This document shows positions 48,999 to 58,570 of a DNA stretch of 64,000 bases, piece by piece (within the stretch, counting starts at the first letter, position 1; each line of letters opens with the position of its first letter). The stretch comes from Candidatus Binatia bacterium (GTDB lineage Bacteria > Desulfobacterota > Binatia > Bin18): contig CAXXHG010000015.1 in NCBI GenBank assembly GCA_963666315.2, positions 192,001 through 256,000 on the forward strand, written 5' to 3'. A program made the translations under genes and the position numbers. The notes beneath the pieces were generated by a model. That model had not been told where the DNA came from, did no database searches, and was given only the letters and a program-made list of their open reading frames with translations.

Positions 48999-50840
48999 TT
49001 AGACCAGCAGCGTTTTGGCCTTTTCAACAATATGCCGGGCGCTGATGCCGAAGGTGTCCAGTAGTTCAGCCGATTTTCCAGAGCGCGGGACGCCGTTCAC
49101 TGCGAGTTTGTGAACCTTTACGCCGTATGTTGCCACAGCGTTGAGTACAGCATCGCCCAGGCCACCGTCATAATAGTGATCTTCGACGACAAGCAGCGTG
49201 TTATTCGTCTGGGCGGCTGCGGCTAAGATGCCGGATGCATCAATAGGCTTGACCGAGTAGGCGTCAATAAGACGAATGGCCACGCCTTCGCTTTTGAGCG
49301 TTTCATACGCCGCAAGCGCCTCGTGTACGGTGACCCCAGCGGCAACAACAGTAAGAGCGTCAGTGTCGCTGGACTGCAGCACTTTACTCCCGCCGATGGG
49401 GAATGCTTCGGTATTGGCGTACAGCACCGGAGTTGCCGGACGTGTCGTGCGCAGATACGTCGCCCCAGGCAGATCGGGCATGGCAGCCACCAAGCGCTCG
49501 GTAGAAACCGCATCGCTCGGGTAGAGGACGGTCGAATTGGGAATAGCACGCATCATAGCCAAGTCTTCTAAACCCATCTGAGACGGGCCATCCTCACCAA
49601 TCGAAACACCACAATGCGAGCCCACATATTTGATAGTGACTCCGGATATTGCCGCCATCCGAATGTGGTCAAACGCACGCGTCAGGAAGGCGGCAAAGGT
49701 AGAAACAAAGGGGATCTTTCCGCATGCGGCCAGCCCGACCGCCGCTCCAACCATATTCTGCTCGGCTATATAGCTCTCGAAGAAGCGTTCCGGGTGCGCT
49801 TTCAGAAAGGTCTCGGCAAAGGTCGAATTTTTGGTATCCCCGTCTAGGGCAACAACATTGGGATTAACGTCTCCCAACTTTGCCAGCGCTGTCCCATAGG
49901 CAGTTCGCGTGGCTACTTTTGCCCCCAGCCCATAACTCGGCGCAGGGAAGATGCCGATGACACAAGCCGGCGAAAATCCATGCGGCTGCGGCTGAGCTAC
50001 GTGGGGAGTAGGTGCGTTGCCGTTCAGCGTCAACTCACTCAGCGCCTTGTCCAGGTCATCTCCCTTGACCGGCTTTCCATGCCAGCCCAGCTTGTCTTCA
50101 AGAAAAGACACCCCTTTTCCTTTGAAGGTCTTCGCAATAAGCATCGTCGGCTGATCTTTGGTCGCATGGGCCTGATCGAGTGCCGCCAACACCTCTTCTA
50201 AATTGTGGCCATCGACGATGACGGCATGCCAGCCAAACGCAGCAAAACGACGTTGATAGGTTTCCACGTCGAAGTTGTACATGGTCCGTTGGCTCTGCCC
50301 TATGCCGTTCACGTCGACCACTCCAATCAGATTATCCAGCTGATAATAAGCCGCCATGGCTGCGGCTTCCCAGACGCCGCCTTCGGCGATTTCTCCGTCA
50401 CCCATCAGCACGTATACCCGGTAGTCGAGCTTATCGAGACGTTTGCCATTCAGCGCCATGCCGACACCGACCGACAATCCCTGGCCGAGCGATCCTGTGG
50501 CGGCCCCAACCCACGGAATCCGAGGGGTAGGATGGCCTTCTAAATCGCTGGAGAATTTTCGCAAGGTGGTGAGCTGATCAACGGGGAGAGCCCCGGCTTC
50601 GGCGAGCGCCGCGTACAAAACGGGAGCGGCATGGCCTTTGGACAGTACAAAACGATCATTGGCCGGATTGCTCGGATTAGCAGGATCGAAGCGCATGTCC
50701 GCAAAGAAAATGGCAGCCATGATGTCGGCGGCAGACAGACAGGACGTAGGATGGCCGGAGCCCGCCTCCGCTGTCGCACGGAGCGAATGGGCGCGCAATT
50801 TATTGGCTGCGGCGCTTAAAACATTCAAGTCTACAGTCAC
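48999..50840 (-). CDS. tkt: Transketolase (short, mammalian-like type)
   Basis: GSGHPTSCLS, SKGHAAP, GSLGQG, GDGE, IAEQNMV, SHCGVSIGEDGPSQM. Confidence 0.93.
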   Translation of the reverse strand: MTVDLNVLSAAANKLRAHSLRATAEAGSGHPTSCLSAADIMAAIFFADMRFDPANPSNPANDRFVLSKGHAAPVLYAALAEAGALPVDQLTTLRKFSSDLEGHPTPRIPWVGAATGSLGQGLSVGVGMALNGKRLDKLDYRVYVLMGDGEIAEGGVWEAAAMAAYYQLDNLIGVVDVNGIGQSQRTMYNFDVETYQRRFAAFGWHAVIVDGHNLEEVLAALDQAHATKDQPTMLIAKTFKGKGVSFLEDKLGWHGKPVKGDDLDKALSELTLNGNAPTPHVAQPQPHGFSPACVIGIFPAPSYGLGAKVATRTAYGTALAKLGDVNPNVVALDGDTKNSTFAETFLKAHPERFFESYIAEQNMVGAAVGLAACGKIPFVSTFAAFLTRAFDHIRMAAISGVTIKYVGSHCGVSIGEDGPSQMGLEDLAMMRAIPNSTVLYPSDAVSTERLVAAMPDLPGATYLRTTRPATPVLYANTEAFPIGGSKVLQSSDTDALTVVAAGVTVHEALAAYETLKSEGVAIRLIDAYSVKPIDASGILAAAAQTNNTLLVVEDHYYDGGLGDAVLNAVATYGVKVHKLAVNGVPRSGKSAELLDTFGISARHIVEKAKTLLV

Positions 50841-50863
50841 GGTTACTTACTCCCTGAGAGTTG

Positions 50864-50891
50864 AAAAAGGGGCACGGTTGAGCGTGCCCCT
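50864..50891 (-). terminator. Hairpin with T-tract ending the moeB-Ubl transcript before tkt
   Basis: AGGGGCACG-GTTGAG-CGTGCCCCT, preceded by an A-run on + (U-tract on -). Confidence 0.6.
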
Positions 50892-50939
50892 GCCCTCCAG
50901 CTCATGACCTTGCCATTACCTCGTATTACAATTCGTTTG

Positions 50940-51197
50940 CTATCCGCGCACGCCACCCGCGAGCGGTGGGAAAATACTGAGTTCTGCACCATCCTCAAGA
51001 ACGGTCTTCACCTCAACATAGGTATCACCCACAACCAGCATGCTTGCCTGTTCACGCGGGATTTTCACGGCATCAACGGCATCTTGGACGGTTGCTCCGG
51101 ACGGGAGCGAAAGCAAAATTCCGTCACTACTCCCCTCCGGTACGTATTTCTTGAGCATGGCGAAGAGCTTGACCGTTATCGTAATCGAATCTGCCAT
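50940..51197 (-). CDS. MoaD/ThiS ubiquitin-like sulfur carrier with a C-terminal extension (GG-VRG)
   Basis: ITVKLFA.L..Y, LEDG.ELSIFPPLAGG, then VRG-stop (GGT GGC GTG CGC GGA TAG). Confidence 0.88.
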   Translation of the reverse strand: MADSITITVKLFAMLKKYVPEGSSDGILLSLPSGATVQDAVDAVKIPREQASMLVVGDTYVEVKTVLEDGAELSIFPPLAGGVRG

Positions 51198-51262
51198 ACC
51201 CGTCGTAGGTTAGCACGGCGTTGGCCGATTTCAGGCCTACCACGCGTTAGTCAGGCATAGAC

Positions 51263-52441
51263 CTAGGCCGCGTTCACCGCTCGTAGGCCACAGAACTCTT
51301 CGTAGTCGATCAATTCTGTGATCTTTGGATTTTCACTACACACCAGACAGTTCGGATCCTTACGTAGTTTTAACACCCGAATTTCCGAACTCAGCGTATC
51401 AAAGTGCATCATGCGCCCAACGAGGGGCTTTCCAGCTCCAAGAATCATCTTAATCACTTCAAGCGCTTGCATGCAGCCGACGATTCCGGGTAATACGCCG
51501 AGCACGCCTGCTTCAGCGCAACTTGGAGCTGCCCCTGGAGGCGGAGGCTCGGGAAACAAGCAGCGATAGCACGGCCCATCGTTCGGATCGACAACGGTCA
51601 CCTGCCCCTCAAACTGGAAGATCGACCCGTCAACGAGGATCTTCTTGGTCATGACGCAGGCATCGTTAATCAGATATCGAGTGGGGAAGTTGTCACACCC
51701 GTTCACCACAATGTCAAAATCCTTGATGATGCGCATGACATTTTCAGACGAGAGACGCTCATTAAACTTGACAACGTTGACATCTGGGTTGAGCGCATTC
51801 AGCGTCATCTCGGCCGACTCCACCTTAGGCATCCCCACCCGGTCGTTCGTGTGTAGGATCTGCCGTTGCAAATTACTCATATCGACGGTGTCATGATCGA
51901 CAATGCCTATCGTACCCACACCAGCGGCAGCCAGATACAACGCCACGGGCGAACCCAGGCCACCGGCTCCTACGCACAGCACTTTGGCATCAAGCAGTTT
52001 AGCCTGCCCTTGCTCACCAACTTCGGGCAGCGTAAAGTGGCGTGCGTAACGCGTCATTTGCTCCTGCGTAAACTGTCGGTCTGCGACCCATTTATAGCCC
52101 GCGTTCTTCCAAGCCGTGTATCCGTCCGACATGGAGGTCACATGTTCATAGCCCATTTCTTTAAGCGTGCGCGCGGCGATGAGCGAACGTACCCCGCCGG
52201 CACAGTAGGCGATAATCGGAGTACTTTTATCCGGTACCGTCTCCTCAATCCGCATTTCCAGAAATCCACGCGGGAGAGGCACTGCCCCTTCGAGGTGACC
52301 TTCACGGTATTCTTCGCGCTCCCGCACGTCGAGCAGCATTGGTTTTGCGCCGTTCCCCATTTGGGCCTTGACGTCGTCAATCGTGACTTCCGGCACGATC
52401 TGTCTGGCGTCATCCATCAGTTCTTTATATGTTTTAGCCAT
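51263..52441 (-). CDS. moeB: Rhodanese-ThiF/MoeB fusion (E1-like adenylyltransferase/sulfurtransferase)
   Basis: N-terminal rhodanese YCAGGVRS; GAGGLGSP, SNLQRQ, DNFPTRY, CYRC, SCAEAGVLG, C..C. Confidence 0.92.
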   Translation of the reverse strand: MAKTYKELMDDARQIVPEVTIDDVKAQMGNGAKPMLLDVREREEYREGHLEGAVPLPRGFLEMRIEETVPDKSTPIIAYCAGGVRSLIAARTLKEMGYEHVTSMSDGYTAWKNAGYKWVADRQFTQEQMTRYARHFTLPEVGEQGQAKLLDAKVLCVGAGGLGSPVALYLAAAGVGTIGIVDHDTVDMSNLQRQILHTNDRVGMPKVESAEMTLNALNPDVNVVKFNERLSSENVMRIIKDFDIVVNGCDNFPTRYLINDACVMTKKILVDGSIFQFEGQVTVVDPNDGPCYRCLFPEPPPPGAAPSCAEAGVLGVLPGIVGCMQALEVIKMILGAGKPLVGRMMHFDTLSSEIRVLKLRKDPNCLVCSENPKITELIDYEEFCGLRAVNAA

Positions 52442-52470
52442 ACTCTGCCTCCGTACTTGATGAGACTCGG

Positions 52471-53079
52471 TTATGCGCCGGGAACACCACTTTTCTTCGC
52501 AAGTTGTTGATCCGCGGCCTGGTAACTCTCGAGCATCTCAACCATTAAAGCATCCCGGCCGCTCTCGGCGAGGGTGCGCGAGCGACCCATTAAGACTTCT
52601 TTTGTTTCGACAAAATCTGCGCGTGAGTAGCCCCAGATACGCGGGTGGACAGCCGTGTCCATCCGAATCGCATCACACGGACAGGCTTCCACGCACATGC
52701 CGCAGTAAATGCAACGCAGGGTATCGATCTCGTAACGAAGCGGGAATTTTTCAACTTCAGGATCTGGATGCTCTCCTGCTTCGATGTGAATGCAATTAGC
52801 CGGACAAGCAGTTGCACACAGGAAGCATGAGGTACAGCGTACAGAACCATCTTCTTTGAGCGTCAAGCGGTGACTGCCCCGATAGACGTCAGGATAGTGT
52901 TTGCGCTCTTCCGGGTATTGGACCGTATACGCGGCACGTTTCTCCTTCGCAAAACCTAGTGCGTGCAAAATATGCAGGGTCAAGTTTCGCCAAAAGTGTG
53001 AAGTTGTGACAATGAGACCACGTACGATCTCCGGGATATACAACCGCTCCCACCACGTCATTTCTTCTTTACGCTGCAT
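52471..53079 (-). CDS. nuoI: NuoI-like 2x[4Fe-4S] protein outside any nuo operon
   Basis: T.QYPEE, CTSCFLCATACP, RCIYCGMCVEACP.DAI. Confidence 0.8.
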   Translation of the reverse strand: MQRKEEMTWWERLYIPEIVRGLIVTTSHFWRNLTLHILHALGFAKEKRAAYTVQYPEERKHYPDVYRGSHRLTLKEDGSVRCTSCFLCATACPANCIHIEAGEHPDPEVEKFPLRYEIDTLRCIYCGMCVEACPCDAIRMDTAVHPRIWGYSRADFVETKEVLMGRSRTLAESGRDALMVEMLESYQAADQQLAKKSGVPGA

Positions 53080-53172
53080 AATATCTCATCAGCCTCCGTA
53101 TAATAGTGTTTTCTTTGCTATTACACCGAACTTCACTATTATGAGGCCACTGCGCTTTGTCAAGGCAGTTTT

Positions 53173-53820
53173 TTAATGGAGACGGGCTTTTCCGCCCCTG
53201 CCGCTTTCAGGCCAGCGCGTTTCGGTCAGCTTGAACTCCAAGATGTCCTTCAGACAGGCTGCCCGTTCGCCTAAAGTCGAAGCATTCAGTAAGCTTTGCT
53301 TTTCAATAGGCAGGAACTCGAGCTGAAAGGCAAAGAAGTTGATGAAGAGCGTGTCATCGATTCCCGGATCGGTCAGAAGCTTCTGGACAGCTTCCTTTTT
53401 TTGCAAATAGTCCTCAAGCAACCGGCCGAGTTCTTCTCGCCGACCGGAGGCAAGAGGGTCTGTTTTCTCCGGTAACCATTCGACGCGGGCCTGACGATAA
53501 TTTTTATCGTGGAATTCTTCTTGCACTCGATATTCACGCAGCCCCTGGAGTAGGATATTGAATCGTCCGTCCGGCAACGGCACGGTTTTGACCATCTTGC
53601 CTACACAACCAATCGGGAAAATAGGCGGATCTCCTTCGTACTGCTCTTGCCACTCCCCCCGTAACAAGACCATCCCCATCAAGGGCTGAGCAGTGCCGGC
53701 TATATCACGAACCATCTCGCGGTAACGCGACTCAAAGATGTGTAAAGGGAGCTGCACCTGGGGGAAGAGCACCACGTTGGGAAGCGGAAATACAGGGATA
53801 ACGTCGGGCAGTTCTGACAC
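53173..53820 (-). CDS. Stand-alone LON peptidase substrate-binding (N-terminal, PUA-like) domain protein
   Basis: PVFPLPNVVLFP...PLHIFE.RYR.M, LPDGRFNILLQG, EKQ.LL. Confidence 0.9.
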   Translation of the reverse strand: MSELPDVIPVFPLPNVVLFPQVQLPLHIFESRYREMVRDIAGTAQPLMGMVLLRGEWQEQYEGDPPIFPIGCVGKMVKTVPLPDGRFNILLQGLREYRVQEEFHDKNYRQARVEWLPEKTDPLASGRREELGRLLEDYLQKKEAVQKLLTDPGIDDTLFINFFAFQLEFLPIEKQSLLNASTLGERAACLKDILEFKLTETRWPESGRGGKARLH

Positions 53821-53858
53821 AATAGCCTCACTTTATTTAAAGCCTGGAGAAAGGCCCT

Positions 53859-53897
53859 CGCTGTGGCTGTTCCCCCCTACGGAGAACCGCCACAGCG
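53859..53897. repeat. Intergenic hairpin
   Basis: CGCTGTGGCTGTTC...GAACCGCCACAGCG. Confidence 0.5.
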
Positions 53898-53899
53898 CA

Positions 53900-54517
53900 C
53901 TAGGATATACTGAGTTCTTTCTGGAGCTGCACTACGGCAGGGCGTTGGGTTAAACGTACGATCCAAGCCGTGACACTCTTCAGCCGCGAGGGTAACTCCA
54001 CGCCCACCTGCGGCAAGTTCAACAGCCGAGGAATAAACGCGAGATCGGCTAACGAAAATTCCTCCACCAAATATTCTTGGCCGTTGAGTTGACGGTCAAG
54101 AAACTCGAGTACCCGGATTAAGTCGCCCTTATGGCGTTGCACGCGCTCTTGATCGATGAGGTCTTCCGACTTACGCAGTTCCGCATACAAGAGCCCACAC
54201 TGCACGGTAAAGGAATTATCAGCGAAGTCTTCAAACATGCGCACCCGCGCCCGGTCTGCGGAAGCCTCAGGCCGCAGTGAAGGATGCGGATATTCATCGT
54301 CAAGATACTCGTTAATGAATGTCGAATCGTAAATGACCTCGTCATCATCAATGAGGACGGGAACTTTTCCATACGGGTTCAAACGCAGGAATTCCTGGGT
54401 GCGTTGTTCGTTTTTTGTTAAATCCACAAAGGTTTTATCATAGGCTAGGTCTTTTTCAGCCAGAACGAGGCGAACTTTTTGGCAGTATGGACTCAGGGGG
54501 AAATCGTATAGTTTCAT
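53900..54517 (-). CDS. Glutathione S-transferase family protein (SspA-like)
   Basis: SPYCQKVRLVL.EK, LNPYGKVP, DS..INEYLD, FSLADL. Confidence 0.9.
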   Translation of the reverse strand: MKLYDFPLSPYCQKVRLVLAEKDLAYDKTFVDLTKNEQRTQEFLRLNPYGKVPVLIDDDEVIYDSTFINEYLDDEYPHPSLRPEASADRARVRMFEDFADNSFTVQCGLLYAELRKSEDLIDQERVQRHKGDLIRVLEFLDRQLNGQEYLVEEFSLADLAFIPRLLNLPQVGVELPSRLKSVTAWIVRLTQRPAVVQLQKELSIS

Positions 54518-54651
54518 AGCGCTATTCTCCTATCTATTGCCATGGTAGTGTAATGAAAAATGGACAGGCTGGCAAATAAAAAATGCTGCCGTCGGTCAGT
54601 TTTACAATGGCAGCCAGTCATGCCCACTCCATTGTGGGATACTTAGCCACT

Positions 54652-55512
54652 ATGAGCCAACCCTCCTGTGCCATTACACAATTAGCGGGTATCAGGATCG
54701 GGGATCCTGCGCCAACCCGCGTAATGGCTGTGCTGAATGCCAGCCCCGAGTCCTTCTATCAGGGCTCCATACACACCGACCCGAAGCAGCTCGCACAGGC
54801 AGCTCAATCCATGGTAAGTGAGGGAGCAGATATCATCGATATTGGGGCTATGTCCACTGCCCCATACCTCAAAACGAACATTTCTGTTCACGAAGAAACA
54901 CAACGGCTGGTCTGTGCCGTGGCGGAGGTTTCAGCGCAGGTTGCTGTCCCGATTTCTGCAGATACCAAACGCGCCCAGCCCGCCCAGGCTGCGTTAGCCG
55001 CCGGAGCCCGGATTATCAACGATATCAGCGGCCTCAAACATGACCCCGATATGGCCGCTGTCATTGCCCAATCCGGAGTGGGCGCAGTCATCATGGCCAG
55101 CGAATCCACCCCTCAGAGCGGACCGCCATTAGAAAGGATTCGCAAAGCTCTCATGGACAGCCTTGATATTGCTGAGCGTGCAGGAATCACAAAAGACTCC
55201 ATTGTCCTTGATCCTGGAATTGGATTTTTTCGTGAGCCCGGCATCCCGTGGGATGAGTGGGACTGCGCGGTGTTGCGTGAGCTCTCCGACTTACGCTCTC
55301 TGGGCTTTCCCCTGCTCGTTGGAGCGTCTCGCAAGTCGTTTATTGGCAAGATTCTTGCCCAGCCGAATACGCACGATCGACTGATCGGTTCGGTTGCATG
55401 TGCTGTGATTGCCGTGTTCAACGGCGCACACATCATTCGTGCTCATGATGTAAAGGAAACGGTTGAGGCGGTTCGGATGGCCGAACACTTGCGTCCAGCC
55501 AGCGTCTCTTAG
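54652..55512 (+). CDS. folP: Dihydropteroate synthase
   Basis: MAVLN.SPESFY, DIIDIG, SADT, INDISG, LDPGIGF, SRKSF, IRAHDV. Confidence 0.9.
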   Translation: MSQPSCAITQLAGIRIGDPAPTRVMAVLNASPESFYQGSIHTDPKQLAQAAQSMVSEGADIIDIGAMSTAPYLKTNISVHEETQRLVCAVAEVSAQVAVPISADTKRAQPAQAALAAGARIINDISGLKHDPDMAAVIAQSGVGAVIMASESTPQSGPPLERIRKALMDSLDIAERAGITKDSIVLDPGIGFFREPGIPWDEWDCAVLRELSDLRSLGFPLLVGASRKSFIGKILAQPNTHDRLIGSVACAVIAVFNGAHIIRAHDVKETVEAVRMAEHLRPASVS

Positions 55513-56156
55513 AGTATCAGCTCGCCCAATGTTTCCGGCGTGTCCACTAAGAATTCAGGCGGATGCATCTCAAATCCGTCTCGTCCAAAGCCCCACGCCA
55601 CGCCACACGTCGCTATGCCTGCCGCCCGGCCGGTTGCTACATCAATGCCGGAGTCACCGATCAGCACAGTTTGGGCCAAGACACGACGGGCCATCTTCTG
55701 GAGGGCAAACACCCCTGCCGGATCAGGCTTTCTTGTTTGCAGCGTATCGCCACCAATGACGGCGCTAAAATGCTCAGCAATGCCGAGCCCAGAGAGAATC
55801 GCAAGCGTTGGTTGCTCAGGCTTATTCGTCAACACCGATAAGAGAATTTCCTGATCAAGAGCAGCGCTCAGCAGTGGCTCGATACCCGGATACAATCTCG
55901 TCTGTTCGAGCAGGTGCAGCGTGTAATAGTCCATGAAGATGTCAAAACCGTGCGAAATAAGTACCGCCCTTTCTAAGCCCAGAGCACGTTCAATCAATAC
56001 CCGGGCACCAAGCCCAATAAACCCTTCGACTTGGGCCATAGACAGCAACGGAAGGTCCAATTCCTGGAGCATATGATTGGTCGCTGCAGCAAGATCGGCC
56101 TTGGTGTCAACGAGCGTCCCATCCAGGTCAAAAATAAGATGACTGAAACGTGGCAT
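55509..56156 (-). CDS. HAD hydrolase, phosphoglycolate phosphatase-like
   Basis: FDLDGTLVDT, LTNKP, KPDP, IGDS..D. Confidence 0.88.
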   Translation of the reverse strand: MPRFSHLIFDLDGTLVDTKADLAAATNHMLQELDLPLLSMAQVEGFIGLGARVLIERALGLERAVLISHGFDIFMDYYTLHLLEQTRLYPGIEPLLSAALDQEILLSVLTNKPEQPTLAILSGLGIAEHFSAVIGGDTLQTRKPDPAGVFALQKMARRVLAQTVLIGDSGIDVATGRAAGIATCGVAWGFGRDGFEMHPPEFLVDTPETLGELIL

Positions 56157-56160
56157 AAAA

Positions 56161-56189
56161 GAAAAAGGGCATGGAGAATTCCATGCCCT
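56161..56189 (-). terminator. Terminator-like hairpin downstream of the Fe-S carrier gene
   Basis: AGGGCATGG-AGAATT-CCATGCCCT with a U-tract on the - strand. Confidence 0.6.
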
Positions 56190-56214
56190 CATAGCTTATC
56201 TGAAAAAGAGAGAA

Positions 56215-56631
56215 CTATACTGAGAAAGAAGAGCCACACCCACAGGTCCGGGTCGCATTCGGGTTCACAAACTTAAACCCCGCCCCATGTAGGCCATTCA
56301 CATAATCCAGCATGGTTCCAGACACGTATTGAAGGCTGGTGGGATCAACAAAGAGTTTAACGCCGTCCTGCTCAACAATAATGTCATCCTCGCGCGGCGC
56401 AGCATCAAAGCCCAAGCTATACTGAAAGCCGGAGCAGCCACCGCCTACAACTGATACGCGCAGACCACCTTTCGGCTTTCCTTCTTTGGCCATGGTTTCT
56501 TTCACTTTTTCCACAGCCAGAACAGACAGAGACAAAGCCGGTCCGTCCTGGACTTGGGGCGCTGATTGAGTTGATGCACTCGGCTGTTGTAGTTCATGAT
56601 CCGCATGATCCGTTTGATTCAACTGGTCCAT
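56215..56631 (-). CDS. A-type Fe-S cluster carrier (ErpA/IscA/HesB)
   Basis: GGGCSGFQY, NPNATRTCGCGSSF. Confidence 0.95.
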   Translation of the reverse strand: MDQLNQTDHADHELQQPSASTQSAPQVQDGPALSLSVLAVEKVKETMAKEGKPKGGLRVSVVGGGCSGFQYSLGFDAAPREDDIIVEQDGVKLFVDPTSLQYVSGTMLDYVNGLHGAGFKFVNPNATRTCGCGSSFSV

Positions 56632-56798
56632 TATAGCCTCCTCGGCACAAAGTAGCTGTTTTCGCTCGATTTCTCGATTGATCTTCTTTCTAGCTTTCTA
56701 GATAGATAAGGTCTCTATTCTGGAGAGTCAATGCCTTTTGCACTTTTTACACTCTTTGCCCTTTTTGATTCCGGCTTTTTGTATGCTACCACGAAACC

Positions 56799-57917
56799 GT
56801 GCCGCTCGAAAACGATATCCGCAACTACGCTGCAACCTTGGGCTTTCCCTTATGTGGATTTACGCGACTGACACGCTTACCCCGGGAAGAGTTTTTTACA
56901 GACTGGCTCGCCCAGGGCCACGCAGGAGGAATGGACTTTCTCGCGCGTGAACCCCAGCGTCGTATCGATCCTCATATTCCGTTTCCCGAAGCACGCAGCA
57001 TCATATGCTTGGGATACCCGTACCTCCCGCCACTCCTCCCCTCGGTCGATTGGCAATCCGAGCTGCGTGGCCGGATCGCTGCGTATGCAACCGGAGCCGA
57101 TTATCACGACGTTATCAAAAAGAAACTCTGGAAACTGATTGAATTCCTCAAAGGTCGAGAGCCGAACATCTGGGTTCGGCCCTATGTAGACACGGGCCCG
57201 TTACTGGAACGCGAGTGGGCCACTCGCAGCGGACTGGGTTGGTTCGGTAAGAATACGATGCTGCTCCATAAATCTATGGGTTCATGGTTTTTTTTGGCTG
57301 AGATTCTGGTCAGTCTCGGTCTCGAGGGAGAAGGTCTTCCCGGTGCCCACTGCGGCACATGTACACGCTGTCTGGATGACTGCCCGACAGATGCTTTAGA
57401 GACAGGCTATGTGCTGAAAGCCCCGCTGTGCATCTCGTATTTGACCATCGAACATCGCGGCCCTATTCCTCACGAACTTCGACCGAAAATGGGCAACTGG
57501 ATTTTTGGGTGTGACATTTGCCAAGACGTATGCCCCTGGAACGTGAAGTTCGGTCGGCCGCAAGCAGAGCTGGTGGATGAACTCTGCCCTTCTTTACCTG
57601 CATTACTGCGCTTGGATGATGCCGGCTTCCGGGTCCGTTTCCGCCGCAGTGCCATCTGGCGGACCAAACGCCGTGGCCTGCTACGCAACGTCGCCATTGC
57701 CCTGGGCAATAGTAAAAACCCGGAGGCCATTGGTCCACTGGAGACAGCTTTACACGACTCCGAGCCGTTGATTCGTGCTCATGCAGCTTGGGCGTTGGGA
57801 CAATTGGAATGTCACTCAGCACTCAGACAGCATCTTGAGCGAGAAAAAGAGGCGCAGGTGAGAAGCGAGATTCTTATCGCGCTGGGCGAGGAGCCAGCTC
57901 CTCGCCTTGAATCCTGA
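56799..57917 (+). CDS. queG: Epoxyqueuosine reductase
   Basis: DYHDV, VDTGPLLER, GW.GKN, CGTCTRC..DCPT, CISYLTIE, GCDICQDVCPWN, HEAT-repeat tail. Confidence 0.95.
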   Translation: MPLENDIRNYAATLGFPLCGFTRLTRLPREEFFTDWLAQGHAGGMDFLAREPQRRIDPHIPFPEARSIICLGYPYLPPLLPSVDWQSELRGRIAAYATGADYHDVIKKKLWKLIEFLKGREPNIWVRPYVDTGPLLEREWATRSGLGWFGKNTMLLHKSMGSWFFLAEILVSLGLEGEGLPGAHCGTCTRCLDDCPTDALETGYVLKAPLCISYLTIEHRGPIPHELRPKMGNWIFGCDICQDVCPWNVKFGRPQAELVDELCPSLPALLRLDDAGFRVRFRRSAIWRTKRRGLLRNVAIALGNSKNPEAIGPLETALHDSEPLIRAHAAWALGQLECHSALRQHLEREKEAQVRSEILIALGEEPAPRLES

Positions 57918-57929
57918 CCTGTTATGCAC

Positions 57930-58484
57930 TCATCCTACCTTCAACTTATCCCCACTAGCGCTTCCCCTACCGGTGGCAACCTGGTCCCGCATTTTCGATC
58001 CCCGCTCATAAAAGCGCGTGGCCCAAATGCCGCTGAAGGGTTCATTCTCGCCCGGCATACGCCAGGTCACGACCTTGGCAGATTCAAGCCTCAGCCCCAC
58101 GAGGGCACGTGGCTGATCGAGCGTCTCAGTCAGATAATAATCGCCGGACTCCGCATCTACATAGCGAAGGGTGATGCGACGATAGACATCGCGCCACTCA
58201 TCGTCGTGACCGAGCGGATACAGGATGTCGGCCTTGCCTTCGACTAATACCTTGCGGTAGACGCCTTGTTCTTCATCAATCGCGATTGCAATGCGCGGGT
58301 CTCTCTGGATATTGGCCCAAAAAGCAGAATACTTGCGTGGGGTGATAATGATTTTTCCCTCCTCGTAGACAAACCACACCGGCACCGCACTAGGACTCCC
58401 ATCTTCTTGGAGCGTTGCGATCCGGGCGATGTGGCCACGCTCTTGAAGAAAAGCATCACGTTCTTCGAGTTTGAGTTTTGGCAT
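57930..58484 (-). CDS. Pyridoxamine 5'-phosphate oxidase family (PPOX class, possibly F420-dependent) protein
   Basis: RIATLQEDGSP.AVPVWF, NIQRDPRIA..ID, V.VEG.A. Confidence 0.8.
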   Translation of the reverse strand: MPKLKLEERDAFLQERGHIARIATLQEDGSPSAVPVWFVYEEGKIIITPRKYSAFWANIQRDPRIAIAIDEEQGVYRKVLVEGKADILYPLGHDDEWRDVYRRITLRYVDAESGDYYLTETLDQPRALVGLRLESAKVVTWRMPGENEPFSGIWATRFYERGSKMRDQVATGRGSASGDKLKVG

Positions 58485-58570
58485 TAGTGCCTCCTTAGTC
58501 TAAAATTATTAACACTATATATTACATGATATAGTTGTCGTTCTCTCCTTCGGCACTGCTCTGAGCAGGC

